From: Bispira polyomma | Lineage: Eukaryota | Assembly: GCA_965649765.1 (NCBI GenBank) | Contig: OZ287751.1 | Coordinates: 66,836,001 to 66,900,000, forward strand | Reading direction: 5' to 3' | DNA length: 64,000 nt | In this document: one piece after another, positions 33,638 through 48,718 of the stretch | Numbering within the stretch: the stretch's first letter is position 1 | Layout of the letters: each line of letters starts with the position of its first letter | Notes under the pieces: generated by a model | What the model saw: only the letters and a program-made list of their open reading frames with translations | Database searches by the model: none | Told to the model about the DNA's origin: nothing | Made by a program: the position numbers and the translations under genes

Positions 33638-36600
33638 ATCACAAGCTAACATCACCTTCCATACTTTTAGACATTCTGGGGCGACAATGGCCTTTAATGC
33701 CCATGTGCCCCTCCAAGACATTCAAAGTCAGGGCATCTGGTCCTCTGAGTGTGTTTGGAGATATATCACTCAGGACCATGCGGCCTCTGACCAGGTAGCC
33801 CTAGCTCTTCAATCCCTCCTCAACCCTAGTTCTACTTCCTAATAGGCCTTGGCGGTTATTGTCTTTTTACTATCATTTATATGCTATAATTTTTAAACTT
33901 TATTATATACTTAAGGCCACCTTATAGGCTAAACATTTAATAACCTTAACTAGATAGATGTAAGGCTAAGACCAGCAGAAATTGTGTAACTCGTTAAGGT
34001 TACCTTAAATTGTGATAAACTTTAACTTACGTTAACCTTAAACTCTTAGTTGATATAAAGTCACTTTTAAGGTGAACTTAGACTAAACTCTAAAACATTC
34101 TTTTAAGGTGGCCTCAATTATTTCAAAAAATTAATTTTAACCAATTGTAACTGTATGTGTAGTAATAGATTAAATGTATATATCCCAACTGCTAGTCTTT
34201 CTTACAAGGTCAACATTCAAAATTCAAGGTCAGGGCACTGTCAGTACCTGATGGATGCATACATTAAGTGGCTTTAATTGTATCAAAATGGTAAGCATAG
34301 AATGAATTTTATAACTCACCTTTTGATGATTTCTTGAACCTTTCTTCGAAATAAATATATACCCTTTCCCTTCAAACAAACGAATGATAAAATTGCTCCT
34401 GGTCTAAACATAAAAGTATACATTATCAAGTAATGCAGCATCGATCAACTTACACAGCTTTAAGAACATGTCTTTTTAAAAATAATGTTGAGTATATGAC
34501 TGTAGCATATTAGGCAATATAACATATAAATGATGTGTAAATAAGAGAAAGCTGTAAAGTATGAGTGAATGACTTGGATATCAGAGGCACAATTGTAACC
34601 AGCGTGATCAGATGCCTAATTTGAAATATTGAAAAAGAATGTTTTTTATACAAATAAACCACAAGTGTATAACAATGGCATAACCTAACAAATTACACAT
34701 GATGAGATATTATAACGATATTGAAATAGTGGATTTAAAACCGACATTCCAAGTGATTATTCATGATATCAATCATCTGTCTAATAGGTTCAGTAGTGTA
34801 GTGGTTATCACGTCCACCTTACACGCGAGAGGTCCCCACTTCAATCCTGGGCTGAACCTTGAGACATTTTGTACTACAAAACCACAAACAAAAATTGAAG
34901 CAATTAATTTCACTAAAAGTATTTAAATTGACAATAACTGATTGATTTTATTCTCTCTAGGAATAAAGCATTAAATTGACCAATATGTATATGTTCATCT
35001 TGTGCATCGAACAGAGTATGTTTGTTTTTACTGGATGCATTTAAAATTTTATGTGTATCAGCCTGGAGTTAAACTCCGATCGACTGTTTGGAAGGCAACC
35101 ATGCTAACCGCCACACCACTGACGCTTGATATTAATTTTCTCTATGTTAGTTTGATATTACACTTTTGATTGCTCTGATGAATCTTGTGGCGTTGGAATG
35201 TTTGTTTTAGAATTAAAAACTGCTATCAAACTAAATCAGGTTGTTTTAAGGTGTGGTGTATTCCACCTGATGTGAGTTTAACATTCACACCAGAAGTCGC
35301 CACTGAGTGATTACAAAAACTATCAAAATGTTTTATGAGGTGTATTTTCAGCAGAAATAACATATTTATTCATCACTATTATTACGGAAGTAGGTAATGT
35401 TGTGTACTTATAAAGGATATCAGTACCTGATGGATGCATACATTAAGTGGCTTTAATTATATCAAAATGGTAAGTATAGAATAAATATTATAACTCACCT
35501 TTTAATGATTTCTTGAACCTTTCTTTCAAATAGATATATCCACTTTTCCCTTGAAACAAATGAATGATAAAATTGCTCCTGGTCTAAACATACAAGTAGG
35601 CATTTTCAAGTAATACAGCATCGATCAACTTACACAGCTTTAAGAACATGTTTTTTTAAAATAATGTTGAGTATATGTCTGTAGCATATTAAGTAACATA
35701 ACATATAAATGATGTGTAAATAGGAGGAAGTTGTAAAGTATGAGTGAATGACTCAGATATCAGAGCCACAATTGCAACCAGTGCAAACAGATGCCTAATT
35801 TAAAATTTTTGAAAAAGCATGTTTTTTTACAAATCCACCACAAACGAAAATTGAAGCAATTAATTTCACTAAAAGCATTTAAATTTACAATAACTGATTA
35901 ATTTTATTCTCTCCGGGAATAAGAGATTAAATTGACCAATACGAATATGTTCATCTTGAGCATTGAATAGAGTATGTTTGTTTTCACTGGATACATTTAA
36001 AATTTTAAGTGCATCAGCCTGCAGTCAAACTCGGACCGACTGCTTGGAAGGCAACCATGCTAACTGCTACACCACTGACGCTTGATATTAATTTTCTCAA
36101 AATTAGTTTGATACAAGATTTCTGGTTGCTCAACTGAATCTTGTGGAGTTGGAATGTTTGTTTTGGAATTACAAACTGCTATCAACCTAAATCAGGTTGT
36201 TTTAAGGTGTGGTGTATTCCACCTGATGTGAGTTAAACATTCACACCAGAAGTCGCCACTGAGTGATTACAAAAACTGTCAAAATGTTTGATGAAGTGTA
36301 TTTTCAGCAGAAATAACATATTTATTCATCACTATTATTACGGAAGTATATACATCTGAACTTACACAGCTTTAAGAACATGTCTTTTTTAAAATAATGT
36401 TGAGTATATGTCTGTAGCATATTAAGTAATATAACATATAAATGATGTGTAAATAGGAGGAAGTTGTAAAGTATGAGTGAAGGACTCAGATATTAGAGGC
36501 ACAATTGCAACCAGTGTGATCAGATGCCTAATTTAAAATTTTTGAAAAAGAATGTTTTTTTTTACAAATCAACCACAAGTGTATAACAATGGCCTAACCT

Positions 36601-38917
36601 AACAAATTACACATGATGAAATATTATAGCGATATTGAAATAGTGGATTTAAAACCGACAATCCAAGTTATTATTCATGATATCGATCAGCTGTCTAATA
36701 GGTTCAGTAGTGTAGTGGTTATCACGCTTGCCTCACACGCGAGAGGTCCACAGTTCAATCCTGGGCTGAACCTTGAGGCATTTTGTACTACAAAACCACA
36801 AACAAAAATTCTCTCCAGGAATAAAACATTAAATTGACCAATATGTATATGTTCATCTTGTGCATCTAATAGAGTATGTTTGTTTTCACTGAATGCGTTT
36901 AAAATTATATGTGCATCAGCCTGGAGTCAAACTCGGATCGACTGCTTGGAAGGCAACCATGCTAACCGCTATACCACTGACGCTTGATATTAATTTTATA
37001 ATAGGTTCAGTAGTGTAGTGGTTATCACGCTCGCCTCTCACGCGAGAGGTCCCCACTTCAATCCTGGGCTGAACCTTGTGGCATTTTGTACTACAAAACC
37101 ACAAACAAAAATTGAAGCAATTAATTTCACTAAAAGTATTTAAATTGACAATAACTGATTGATTTTATTCTCTCTAGGAATGAAACATTAAATTGACCAA
37201 TATGTATATGTTCATCTTGTGCATCGAACAGAGTATGTTTGTTTTTACTGGATGCATTTAAAATTTTATGTGTATCAGCCTGGAGTTAAACTCAGATCGA
37301 CTGCTTGGAAGGCAACCATGCTAACCGCCACACCACTGACGCTTGATATTAACTTTCTCTATGTTAGTTTGTTATAACACTTTTGATTGCTCTGATGAAT
37401 CTTGTGGAGTTGGAATGTTTGTTTTGGAATTACAAACTGCTATCAAACTAAATCAGGTTGTTTTAAGGTGTGGTGTATTCCACCTGATGTGAGTTTAACA
37501 TTCACACCAGAAGTCGCCACTGAGTGATTACAAAAACTATCAAAATGTTTTATGAGGTGTATTTTCAGCAGAAATAACATATTTATTCATCACTATTATT
37601 ACGGAAGTAGGTAATGTTGTGTACTTATAAAGGATATCAGTACCTGATGGATGCATACATTAAGTGGCTTTAATTATATCAAAATGGTAAGTATAGAGTA
37701 AATATTATAACTCACCTTTTTATGATTTCTTGAACCTTTCTTTCAAATAGATATATCCACTTTTCCCTTTAAACAAACGAATGATAAAATTGCTCCTGGT
37801 CTAAATATACAAGTAGGCATTTTCAAGTGATACAGCATCGATCAACTTACACAGCTTTAAGAACATGTCTTTTTTAAATAATGTTGAGTATATGTCTGTA
37901 GCATATTAAGCAATATAACATATAAATGATGTGTAAATAGGAGAAAGTTGTAAAGTATGATTGAATGACTCAGATATCAGAGCCACAATTACAACCAGTG
38001 TGATCAGATGCCTAATTTAAAATTTTTGAAAAGCATGTTTTTTTTACAAATCAACCACAAACAAAAATTGAAGCAATTAATTTCACTAAAAGTATTTAAA
38101 TTTACAATAACTAATTAATTTTATTTTCTCCGGGAATAAGAGATTAAATTGACCAATACGAATATGTTCATCTTGAGCATTGAATAGAGTATGTTTGTTT
38201 TCACTGGATGCATTTAAAACTTTATGTGTATCAGCCTGGAGTCAAACTCTGATCGACTGCTTGGAAGGCAACCATGCTAACCGCTACACCACTGACGCTT
38301 GATATTAATTTCCTCTGTATTAGTTTGTTATAACATTTCTGATTGCTCAACTGAATCTTGTGGAGTTGGAATGTTTGTTTTGGAATTACAAACTGCTATC
38401 AACCTAAATCAGGTTGTTTTAAGGTGTGGTGTATTCCACCTGATGTGAGTTAAACATTCACACCAGAAGTCGCCACGGAGTGATTACAAAAACTGTCAAA
38501 ATGTTTTATGAGGTGTATTTTCAGCAGAAATAACATATTTATTTATGACTATTATTACGGAAGTATATACATCTGAACTTACACAGCTTTAAGAGCATGT
38601 CTGTTTTAAAATAATGTTGAGTATATGTCTGTAGCATATTAAGTAATATAACATATAAATGATGTGTAAATAGGAGGAAGTTGTAAAGTATGAGTGAAGG
38701 ACTCAGATATTAGAGGCACAATTGCAACCAGTGTGATCAGATGCCTAATTTAAAATTTTTGAAAAAGAATGTTTTTTTTTACAAATCAATCACAAGTGTA
38801 TAACAATGGCCTAACCTAACAAATTACACATGATGAAATATTATAGCGATATTGAAATAGTGGCTTTAAAACCGACAATCCAAGTTATTATTCATGATAT
38901 CGATCAGTTGTCTAACA

Positions 38918-38990
38918 GGTTCAGTAGTGTAGTGGTTATCACGCTCGCCTCACACGCGAGAGGTCCCCAGTTCAATCCTGGGCTGAACCT
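38918..38990 (+). tRNA. tRNA-Val(CAC), fully paired copy (U discriminator)
   Basis: GGTTCAG/CTGAACC acceptor, CTCGC-CTCACAC-GCGAG, CCCAG-TTCAATC-CTGGG, downstream TTTT. Confidence 0.7.
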
Positions 38991-41586
38991 TGATGCATTT
39001 TGTACTACAAAACCACAAACAAAAATTGAAGCAATTAATTTCAGTAAAAGTATTTAAATTGACAATAACTGATCGATTTTATTTTCTCCAGGAATAAAAC
39101 ATTAAATTGACCAATATGTATATGTTCATCTTGTGCATCTAATAGAGTATGTTTGTTTTCACTGGATGCATTTAAAATTATATGTGCATCAGCCTGGAGT
39201 CAAACTCGGATCGACTGTTTGGAAGGCAACCATGCTAACCGCTACACCACTGATGCTTGATATTAATTTCCTCTGTATTAGTTTGTTATAACACTTCTGA
39301 TTGCTCAACTGAATCTTGTGGAGTTGGAATGTTTGTTTTGGAATTACAAACTGCTATCAACCTAAATCAGGTTGTTTTAAGGTGTGGTGTATTCCACCTG
39401 ATGTGAGTTAAACATTCACACCAGAAGTCGCCACTGAGTGATTACAAAAACTGTCAAAATGTTTTATGAGGTGTATTTTCAGCGGAAATAACATATTTAT
39501 TTATGACTATTATTACGGAAGTATATACATCTGAATAACATATTTATTCATCACTATTATTACGGAACTAGGTAATGTTGTGTACTTATAAAGGATATCA
39601 GTACCTGATGGATGCATACATTAAGTGGCTTTAATTATATCAAAATGGTAAGTATAGAGTAAATATTATAACTCACCTTTTTATGATTTCTTGAACCTTT
39701 CTTTCAAATAGATATATCCACTTTTCCCTTTAAACAAACGAATGATAAAATTGCTCCTGGTCTAAACATACAAGTAGGCATTTTCAAGTGATACAGCATC
39801 GATCAACTTACACAGCTTTAAGAACATGATTTTATTTTCTCCAGGAATAAAACATTAAATTGACCAATATGTATATGTTCATCTTGTGCATCTAATAGAG
39901 TATGTTTGTTTTCACTGGATGCATTTAAAATTATATGTGCATCAGCCTGGAGTCAAACTCGGATCGACTGTTTGGAAGGCAACCATGCTAACCGCTACAC
40001 CACTGATGCTTGATATTAATTTCGTCTGTATTAGTTTGTTATAACACTTCTGATTGCTCAACTGAATCTTGTGGAGTTGGAATGTTTGTTTTGGAATTAC
40101 AAACTGCTATCAACCTAAATCAGGTTGTTTTAAGGTGTGGTGTATTCCACCTGATGTGAGTTAAACATTCACACCAGAAGTCGCCACTGAGTGATTACAA
40201 AAACTGTCAAAATGTTTGATGAAGTGTATTTTCAGCAGAAATAACATATTTATTCATCACTATTATTACGGAAGTATATACATCTGAACTTACACAGCTT
40301 TAAGAACATGTCTTTTTTAAAATAATGTTGAGTATATGTCTGTAGCATATTAAGTAATATAACATATAAATGATGTGTAAATAGGAGGAAGTTGTAAAGT
40401 ATGAGTGAAGGACTCAGATATTAGAGCCACAATTACAACCAGTGTGATCAGATGCCTAATTTAAAATTTTTGAAAAAGAATGTTTTTTTTTATAAATCAA
40501 CCACAAGTGTATAACAATGGCCTAACCTAACAAATTACACATGATGAAATATTATAGCGATATTGAAATAGTGGCTTTAAAACCGACAATCCAAGTTATT
40601 ATTCATGATATCGATCAGCTGTCTAACAGGTTCAGTAGTGTAGTGGTTATCACGCTTGCCTCACACACGAGAGGTCCCCAGTTCAATCCTGGGCTGAACC
40701 TTGAGGCATTTTGTACTACAAAACCACAAACAAAAATTGAAGCAATTAATTTCACTAAAAGTATTTAAATTGACAATAACTGATCGATTTTATTTTCTCC
40801 AGGAATAAAACATTAAATTGACCAATATGTATATGTTCATCTTGTGCATCTAATAGAGTATGTTTGTTTTCACTGGATGCATTTAAAATTATATGTGCAT
40901 CAGCCTGGAGTCAAACTCTGATCGACTGCTTGGAAGGCAACCATGCTAACCGCTACACCACTGATGCTTGATATTAATTTCCTCTGTATTAGTTTGTTAT
41001 AACACTTCTGATTGCTCAACTGAATCTTGTGGAGTTGGAATGTTTGTTTTGGAATTACAAACTGCTATCAACCTAAATCAGGTTGTTTTAAGGTGTGGTG
41101 TATTCCACCTGATGTGAGTTAAACATTCACACCAGAAGTCGCCACTGAGTGATTACAAAAACTGTCAAAATGTTTGATGAAGTGTATTTTCAGCAGAAAT
41201 AACATATTTATTCTTCACTATTATTACGGAAGTATATACATCTGAACTTACACAGCTTTAAGAACATGTCTTTTTTAAAATAATGTTGAGTATATGTCTG
41301 TAGCATATTAAGTAATATAACATATAAATGATGTGTAAATAGGAGGAAGTTGTAAAGTATGAGTGAAGGGCTCAGATATTAGAGGCACAATTGCAACCAG
41401 TGTGATCAGATGCCTAATTTAAAATTTTTGAAAAAGAATGTTTTTTTTTATAAATCAACCACAAGTGTATAACAATGGCCTAACCTAACAAATTACACAT
41501 GATGAAATATTATAGCGATATTGAAATAATGGCTTTAAAACCGACAATCCAAGTTATTATTCATGATATCGATCAGCTGTCTAACA

Positions 41587-41659
41587 GGTTCAGTAGTGTA
41601 GTGGTTATCACGCTCGCCTCACACGCGAGAGGTCCCCAGTTCAATCCTGGGCTGAACCT
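41587..41659 (+). tRNA. tRNA-Val(CAC), fully paired copy
   Basis: same sequence as 38918-38990. Confidence 0.7.
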
Positions 41660-44600
41660 TGATGCATTTTGTACTACAAAGCCACAAACAAAAATTGAAG
41701 CAATTAATTTCAGTAAAAGTATTTAAATTGACAATAACTGATCGATTTTATTTTCTCCAGGAATAAAACATTAAATTGACCAATATGTATATGTTCATCT
41801 TGTGCATCGAACAGAGTATGTTTGTTTTTACTGGATGCATTTAAAATTTTATGTGTATCAGCCTGGAGTTAAACTCAGATCGACTGCTTGGAAGGCAACC
41901 ATGCTAACCGCCACACCACTGACGCTTGATATTAATTTTCTCTATGTTAGTTTGTTATAACACTTTTGATTGCTCTGATGAATCTTGTGGAGTTGGAATG
42001 TTTGTTTTGGAATTACAAACTGCTATCAAACTAAATCAGGTTGTTTTAAGGTGTGGTGTATTCCACCTGATGTGAGTTTAACATTCACACCAGAAGTCGC
42101 CACTGAGTGATTACAAAAACTATCAAAATGTTTTATGAGGTGTATTTTCAGCAGAAATAACATATTTATTCATCACTATTATTACGGAAGTAGGTAATGT
42201 TGTGTACTTATAAAGGATATCAGTACCTGATGGATGCATACATTAAGTGGCTTTAATTATATCAAAATGGTAAGTATAGAGTAAATATTATAACTCACCT
42301 TTTTATGATTTCTTGAACCTTTCTTTCAAATAGATATATCCACTTTTCCCTTTAAACAAACGAATGATAAAATTGCTCCTGGTCTAAACATACAAGTAGG
42401 CATTTTCAAGTAATACAGCATCGATCAACTTACACAGCTTTAAGAACATGTCTTTTTTAAATAATGTTGAGTATATGTCTGTAGCATATTAAGCAATATA
42501 ACATATAAATGATGTGTAAATAGGAGAAAGTTGTAAAGTATGATTGAATGACTCAGATATCAGAGCCACAATTACAACCAGTGTGATCAGATGCCTAATT
42601 TAAAATTTTTGAAAAACATGTTTTTTTTACAAATCAACCACAAACAAAAATTGAAGCAATTAATTTCACTAAAAGTATTTAAATTTACAATAACTAATTA
42701 ATTTTATTTTCTCCGGGAATAAGAGATTAAATTGACCAATACGAATATGTTCATCTTGAGCATTGAATAGAGTATGTTTGTTTTCACTGGATGCATTTAA
42801 AATTATATGTGCATCAGCCTGGAGTCAAACTCGGATCGACTGTTTGGAAGGCAACCATGCTAACCGCTACACCACTGATGCTTGATATTAATTTCCTCTG
42901 TATTAGTTTGTTATAACACTTCTGATTGCTCAACTGAATCTTGTGGAGTTGGAATGTTTGTTTTGGAATTACAAACTGCTATCAACCTAAATCAGGTTGT
43001 TTTAAGGTGTGGTGTATTCCACCTGATGTGAGTTAAACATTCACACCAGAAGTCGCCACTGAGTGATTACAAAAACTGTCAAAATGTTTGATGAAGTGTA
43101 TTTTCAGCAGAAATAACATATTTATTCTTCACTATTATTACGGAAGTATATACATCTGAACTTACACAGCTTTAAGAACATGTCTTTTTTAAAATAATGT
43201 TGAGTATATGTCTGTAGCATATTAAATAATATAACATATAAATGATGTGTAAATAGGAGGAAGTTGTAAAGTATGAGTGAAGGACTCAGATATTAGAGGC
43301 ACAATTGCAACCAGTGTGATCAGATGCCTAATTTAAAATTTTTGAAAAAGAATGTTTTTTTTTACAAATCAACCACAAGTGTATAACAATGGCCTAACCT
43401 AACAAATTACACATGATGAAATATTATAGCGATATTGAAATAGTGGATTTAAAACCGACAATCCAAGTTATTATTCATGATATCGATCAGCTGTCTAATA
43501 GGTTCAGTAGTGTAGCGGTTATCACGCTTGCCTCACACGCGAGAGGTCCACAGTTCAATCCTGGGCTGAACCTTGAGGCATTTTGTACTACAAAACCACA
43601 AACAAAAATTGAAGCAATTAATTTCACTAAAAGTATTTAAATTGACAATAACTGATTGATTTTATTCTCTCCAGGAATAAAGCATTAAATTGACCAATAT
43701 GTATATGTTCATCTTGTGCATCTAATAGAGTATGTTTGTTTTCACTGGATGCATTTAAAATTATATGTGCATCAGCCTGGAGTCAAACTCGGATCGACTG
43801 TTTGGAAGGCAACCATGCTAACCGCTACACCACTGATGCTTGATATTAATTTCCTCTGTATTAGTTTGTTATAACACTTCTGATTGCTCAACTGAATCTT
43901 GTGGAGTTGGAATGTTTGTTTTGGAATTACAAACTGCTATCAACCTAAATCAGGTTGTTTTAAGGTGTGGTGTATTCCACCTGATGTGAGTTTAACATTC
44001 ACACCAGAAGTCGCCACTGAGTGATTACAAAAACTGTCAAAATGTTTTATGAGGTGTATTTTCAGCAGAAATAACATATTTATTTATGACTATTATTACG
44101 GAAGTATATACATCTGAACTTACACAGCTTTAAGAGCATGTCTGTTTTAAAATAATGTTGAGTATATGTCTGTAGCATATTAAGTAATATAACATATAAA
44201 TGATGTGTAAATAGGAGGAAGTTGTAAAGTATGAGTGAAGGACTCAGATATTAGAGGCACAATTGCAACCAGTGTGATCAGATGCCTAATTTAAAATTTT
44301 TGAAAAAGAATGTTTTTTTTTACAAATCAACCACAAGTGTATAACAATGGCCTAACCTAACAAATTACACATGATGAAATATTATAGCGATATTGAAATA
44401 GTGGCTTTAAAACCGACAATCCAAGTCAGATTCATGATATCGATCAGCTGTCTAATAGGTTCAGTAGTGTAGTGGTTATCACGCTCGCCTCACATGCGAG
44501 AGGTCCCCAGTTCAATCCTGGGCTGAACCTTGAGGCATTTTGTACTACAAAACCACAAACAAAAATTGAAGCAATTAATTTCACTAAAAGTATTTAAATT

Positions 44601-47600
44601 GACAATAACTGATCGATTTTATTCTCTCCAGGAATAAAACATTAAATTGACCAATATGTATATGTTCTTCTTGTGCATCTAATAGAGTATGTTTGTTTTC
44701 ACTGGATGCATTTAAAATTATTTGTGCATCAGCCTGGAGTCAAACTCGGATCGACTGCTTGGAAGGCAACCATGCTAACCGCTATACCACTGACGCTTGA
44801 TATTAATTTTCTAATAGGTTCAGTAGTGTAGTGGTTATCACGCTCGCCTCCCACGGGAGAGGTCCCCACTTCAATCCTGGGCTGAACATTGTGGCATTTT
44901 GTACTACAAAACCACAAACAAAAATTGAAGCAATTAATTTCACTAAAAGTATTTAAATTGACAATAACTGATTGATTTTATTCTCTCTAGGAATAAAGCA
45001 TTAAATTGACCAATATGTATATGTTCATCTTGTGCATCGAACAGAGTATGTTTGTTTTTACTGGATGCATTTAAAATTTTATGTGTATCAGCCTGGAGTT
45101 AAACTCCGATCGACTGTTTGGAAGGCAACCATGCTAACCGCCACACCACTGACGCTTGATATTAATTTTCTCTATGTTAGTTTGATATTACACTTTTGAT
45201 TGCTCTGATGAATCTTGTGGCGTTGGAATGTTTGTTTTGGAATTAAAAACTGCTATCAAACTAAATCAGGTTGTTTTAAGGTGTGGTGTATTCCACCTGA
45301 TGTGAGTTTAACATTCACACCAGAAGTCGCCACTGAGTGATTACAAAAACTATCAAAATGTTTTATGAGGTGTATTTTCAGCAGAAATAACATATTTATT
45401 CATCACTATTATTACGGAAGTAGGTAATGTTGTGTACTTATAAAGGATATCAGTACCTGATGGATGCATACATTAAGTGGCTTTAATTATATCAAAATGG
45501 TAAGTATAGAATAAATATTATAACTCACCTTTTAATGATTTCTTGAACCTTTCTTTCAAATAGATATATCCACTTTTCCCTTGAAACAAATGAATGATAA
45601 AATTGCTCCTGGTCTAAACATACAAGTAGGCATTTTCAAGTAATACAGCATCGATCAACTTACACAGCTTTAAGAACATGTTTTTTTAAAATAATGTTGA
45701 GTATATGTCTGTAGCATATTAAGTAACATAACATATAAATGATGTGTAAATAGGAGGAAGTTGTAAAGTATGAGTGAATGACTCAGATATCAGAGCCACA
45801 ATTGCAACCAGTGCAAACAGATGCCTAATTTAAAATTTTTGAAAAAGCATGTTTTTTTACAAATCCACCACAAACGAAAATTGAAGCAATTAATTTCACT
45901 AAAAGCATTTAAATTTACAATAACTGATTAATTTTATTCTCTCCGGGAATAAGAGATTAAATTGACCAATACGAATATGTTCATCTTGAGCATTGAATAG
46001 AGTATGTTTGTTTTCACTGGATGCATTTAAAACTTTATGTGTATCAGCCTGGAGTCAAACTCTGATCAACTGCTTGGAAGGCAACCATGCTAACCGCTAC
46101 ACCACTGACGCTTGATATTAAGTTCCTCTGTATTAGTTTGTTATAACACTTCTGATTGCTCAACTGAATCTTGTGGAGTTGGAATGTTTGTTTTGGAATT
46201 ACAAACTGCTATCAACCGAAATCAGGTTGTTTTAAGGTGTGGTGTATTCCACCTGATGTGAGTTTAACATTCACACCAGAAGTCGCCACTGAGTGATTAC
46301 AAAAACTGTCAAAATGTTTTATGAGGTGTATTTTCAGCAGAAATAACATATTTATTTATGACTATTATTACGGAAGTATATACATCTGAACTTACACAGC
46401 TTTAAGAGCATGTCTGTTTTAAAATAATGTTGAGTATATGTCTGTAGCATATTAAGTAATATAACATATAAATGATGTGTAAATAGGAGGAAGTTGTAAA
46501 GTATGAGTGAAGGACTCAGATATTAGAGGCACAATTGCAACCAGTGTGATCAGATGCCTAATTTAAAATTCTTGAAAAAGAATGTTTTTTTTTACAAATC
46601 AACCACAAGTGTATAACAATGGCCTAACCTAACAAATTACACATGATGAAATATTATAGCGATATTGAAATAGTGGATTTAAAACCGACAATCCAAGTCA
46701 GATTCATGATATCGATCAGCTGTCTAATAGGTTCAGTAGTGTAGTGGTTATCACGCTCGCTTCACACGCGAGAGGTCCCCAGTTCAATCCTGGGCTGAAC
46801 CTTGAGGCATTTTGTACTACAAAACCACAAACAAAAATTGAAGCAATTAATTTCACTAAAAGTATTTAAATTGACAATAACTGATCGATTTTATTCTCTC
46901 CAGGAATAAAACATTAAATTGACCAATATGTATATGTTCATCTTGTGCATCTAATAGAGTATGTTTGTTTTCACTGGATGCATTTAAAATTATATGTGCA
47001 TCAGCCTGGAGTCAAACTCTGATCGACTGCTTGGACGGCAACCATGCTAACCGCTACACCACTGACGCTTGATATTAGTTTCCTCTGTATTAGTTTGTTA
47101 TAACACTTCTGATTGCTCAACTGAATCTTGTGGAGTTGGAATGTTTGTTTTGGAATTACAAACTGCTATCAACCTAAATCAGGTTGTTTTAAGGTGTGGT
47201 GTATTCCACCTGATGTGAGTTAAACATTCACACCAGAAGTCGCCACTGAGTGATTACAAAAACTGTCAAAATGTTTTATGAGGTGTATTTTCAGCGGAAA
47301 TAACATATTTATTTATGACTATTATTACGGAAGTATATACATCTGAACTTACACAGCTTTAAGAACATGTCTTTTTTAAAATAATGTTGAGTATATGTCT
47401 GTAGCATATTAAGTAATATAACATATAAATGATGTGTAAATAGGAGGAAGTTGTAAAGTATGAGTGAAGGGCTCAGATATTAGAGGCACAATTGCAACCA
47501 GTGTGATCAGATGCCTAATTTAAAATTTTTGAAAAAGAATGTTTTTTTTTATAAATCAACCACAAGTGTATAACAATGGCCTAACCTAACAAATTACACA

Positions 47601-47687
47601 TGATGAAATATTATAGCGATATTGAAATAGTGGCTTTAAAACCGACAATCCAAGTTATTATTCATGATATCGATCAGCTGTCTAACA

Positions 47688-47760
47688 GGTTCAGTAGTGT
47701 AGTGGTTATCACGCTCGCCTCACACGCGAGAGGTCCCCAGTTCAATCCTGGGCTGAACCT
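47688..47760 (+). tRNA. tRNA-Val(CAC), fully paired copy
   Basis: same sequence as 38918-38990. Confidence 0.7.
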
Positions 47761-48645
47761 TGATGCATTTTGTACTACAAAACCACAAACAAAAATTGAA
47801 GCAATTAATTTCAGTAAAAGTATTTAAATTGACAATAACTGATCGATTTTATTTTCTCCAGGAATAAAACATTAAATTGACCAATATGTATATGTTCATC
47901 TTGTGCATCTAATAGAGTATGTTTGTTTTCACTGGATGCATTTAAAATTATATGTGCATCAGCCTGGAGTCAAACTCGGATCGACTGTTTGGAAGGCAAC
48001 CATGCTAACCGCTACACCACTGACGCTTGATATTAATTTCCTCTGTATTAGTTTGTTATAACACTTCTGATTGCTCAACTGAATCTTGTGGAGTTGGAAT
48101 GTTTGTTTTGGAATTACAAACTGCTATCAACCTAAATCAGGTTGTTTTAAGGTGTGGTGTATTCCACCTGATGTGAGTTAAACATTCACACCAGAAGTCG
48201 CCACTGAGTGATTACAAAAACTGTCAAAATGTTTGATGAAGTGTATTTTCAGCAGAAATAACATATTTATTCATCACTATTATTACGGAAGTATATACAT
48301 CTGAACTTACACAGCTTTAAGAACATGTCTTTTTTAAAATAATGTTGAGTATATGTCTGTAGCATATTAAGTAATATAACATATAAATGATGTGTAAATA
48401 GGAGGAAGTTGTAAAGTATGAGTGAAGGGCTCAGATATTAGAGGCACAATTGCAACCAGTGTGATCAGATGCCTAATTTAAAATTTTTGAAAAAGAATGT
48501 TTTTTTTTATAAATCAACCACAAGTGTATAACAATGGCCTAACCTAACAAATTACACATGATGAAATATTATAGCGATATTGAAATAGTGGCTTTAAAAC
48601 CGACAATCCAAGTTATTATTCATGATATCAATCAGCTGTCTAACA

Positions 48646-48718
48646 GGTTCAGTAGTGTAGTGGTTATCACGCTCGCCTCACACGCGAGAGGTCCCCAGTT
48701 CAATCCTGGGCTGAACCT
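48646..48718 (+). tRNA. tRNA-Val(CAC), fully paired copy
   Basis: same sequence as 38918-38990. Confidence 0.7.

Larger units (their letters stand above)
31015..33842 (+). pseudogene. Tyrosine recombinase (31015-31797 + 33638-33842), frameshift near 31490, split by LINE
   Basis: FFSFLRISNL, IKWTKT, CPITAL, HTFRHSGAT, GIWSS..VWRYI catalytic motifs. Confidence 0.92.
27215..34241 (+). mobile_element. Decayed Ngaro-like tyrosine-recombinase retrotransposon (gag, RT/RNase H, YR)
   Basis: removal restores ggatat|cagtacc seen in many satellite units; domain order gag-RT-RH-YR with no methyltransferase seen. Confidence 0.88.

Noticed and set aside
33351-33842. 163-aa ORF and N-terminus of the 591-aa ORF as real proteins or an RT-YR fusion
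   Set aside because: Chimeras across the LINE junction at 33637; one part of each is antisense sequence
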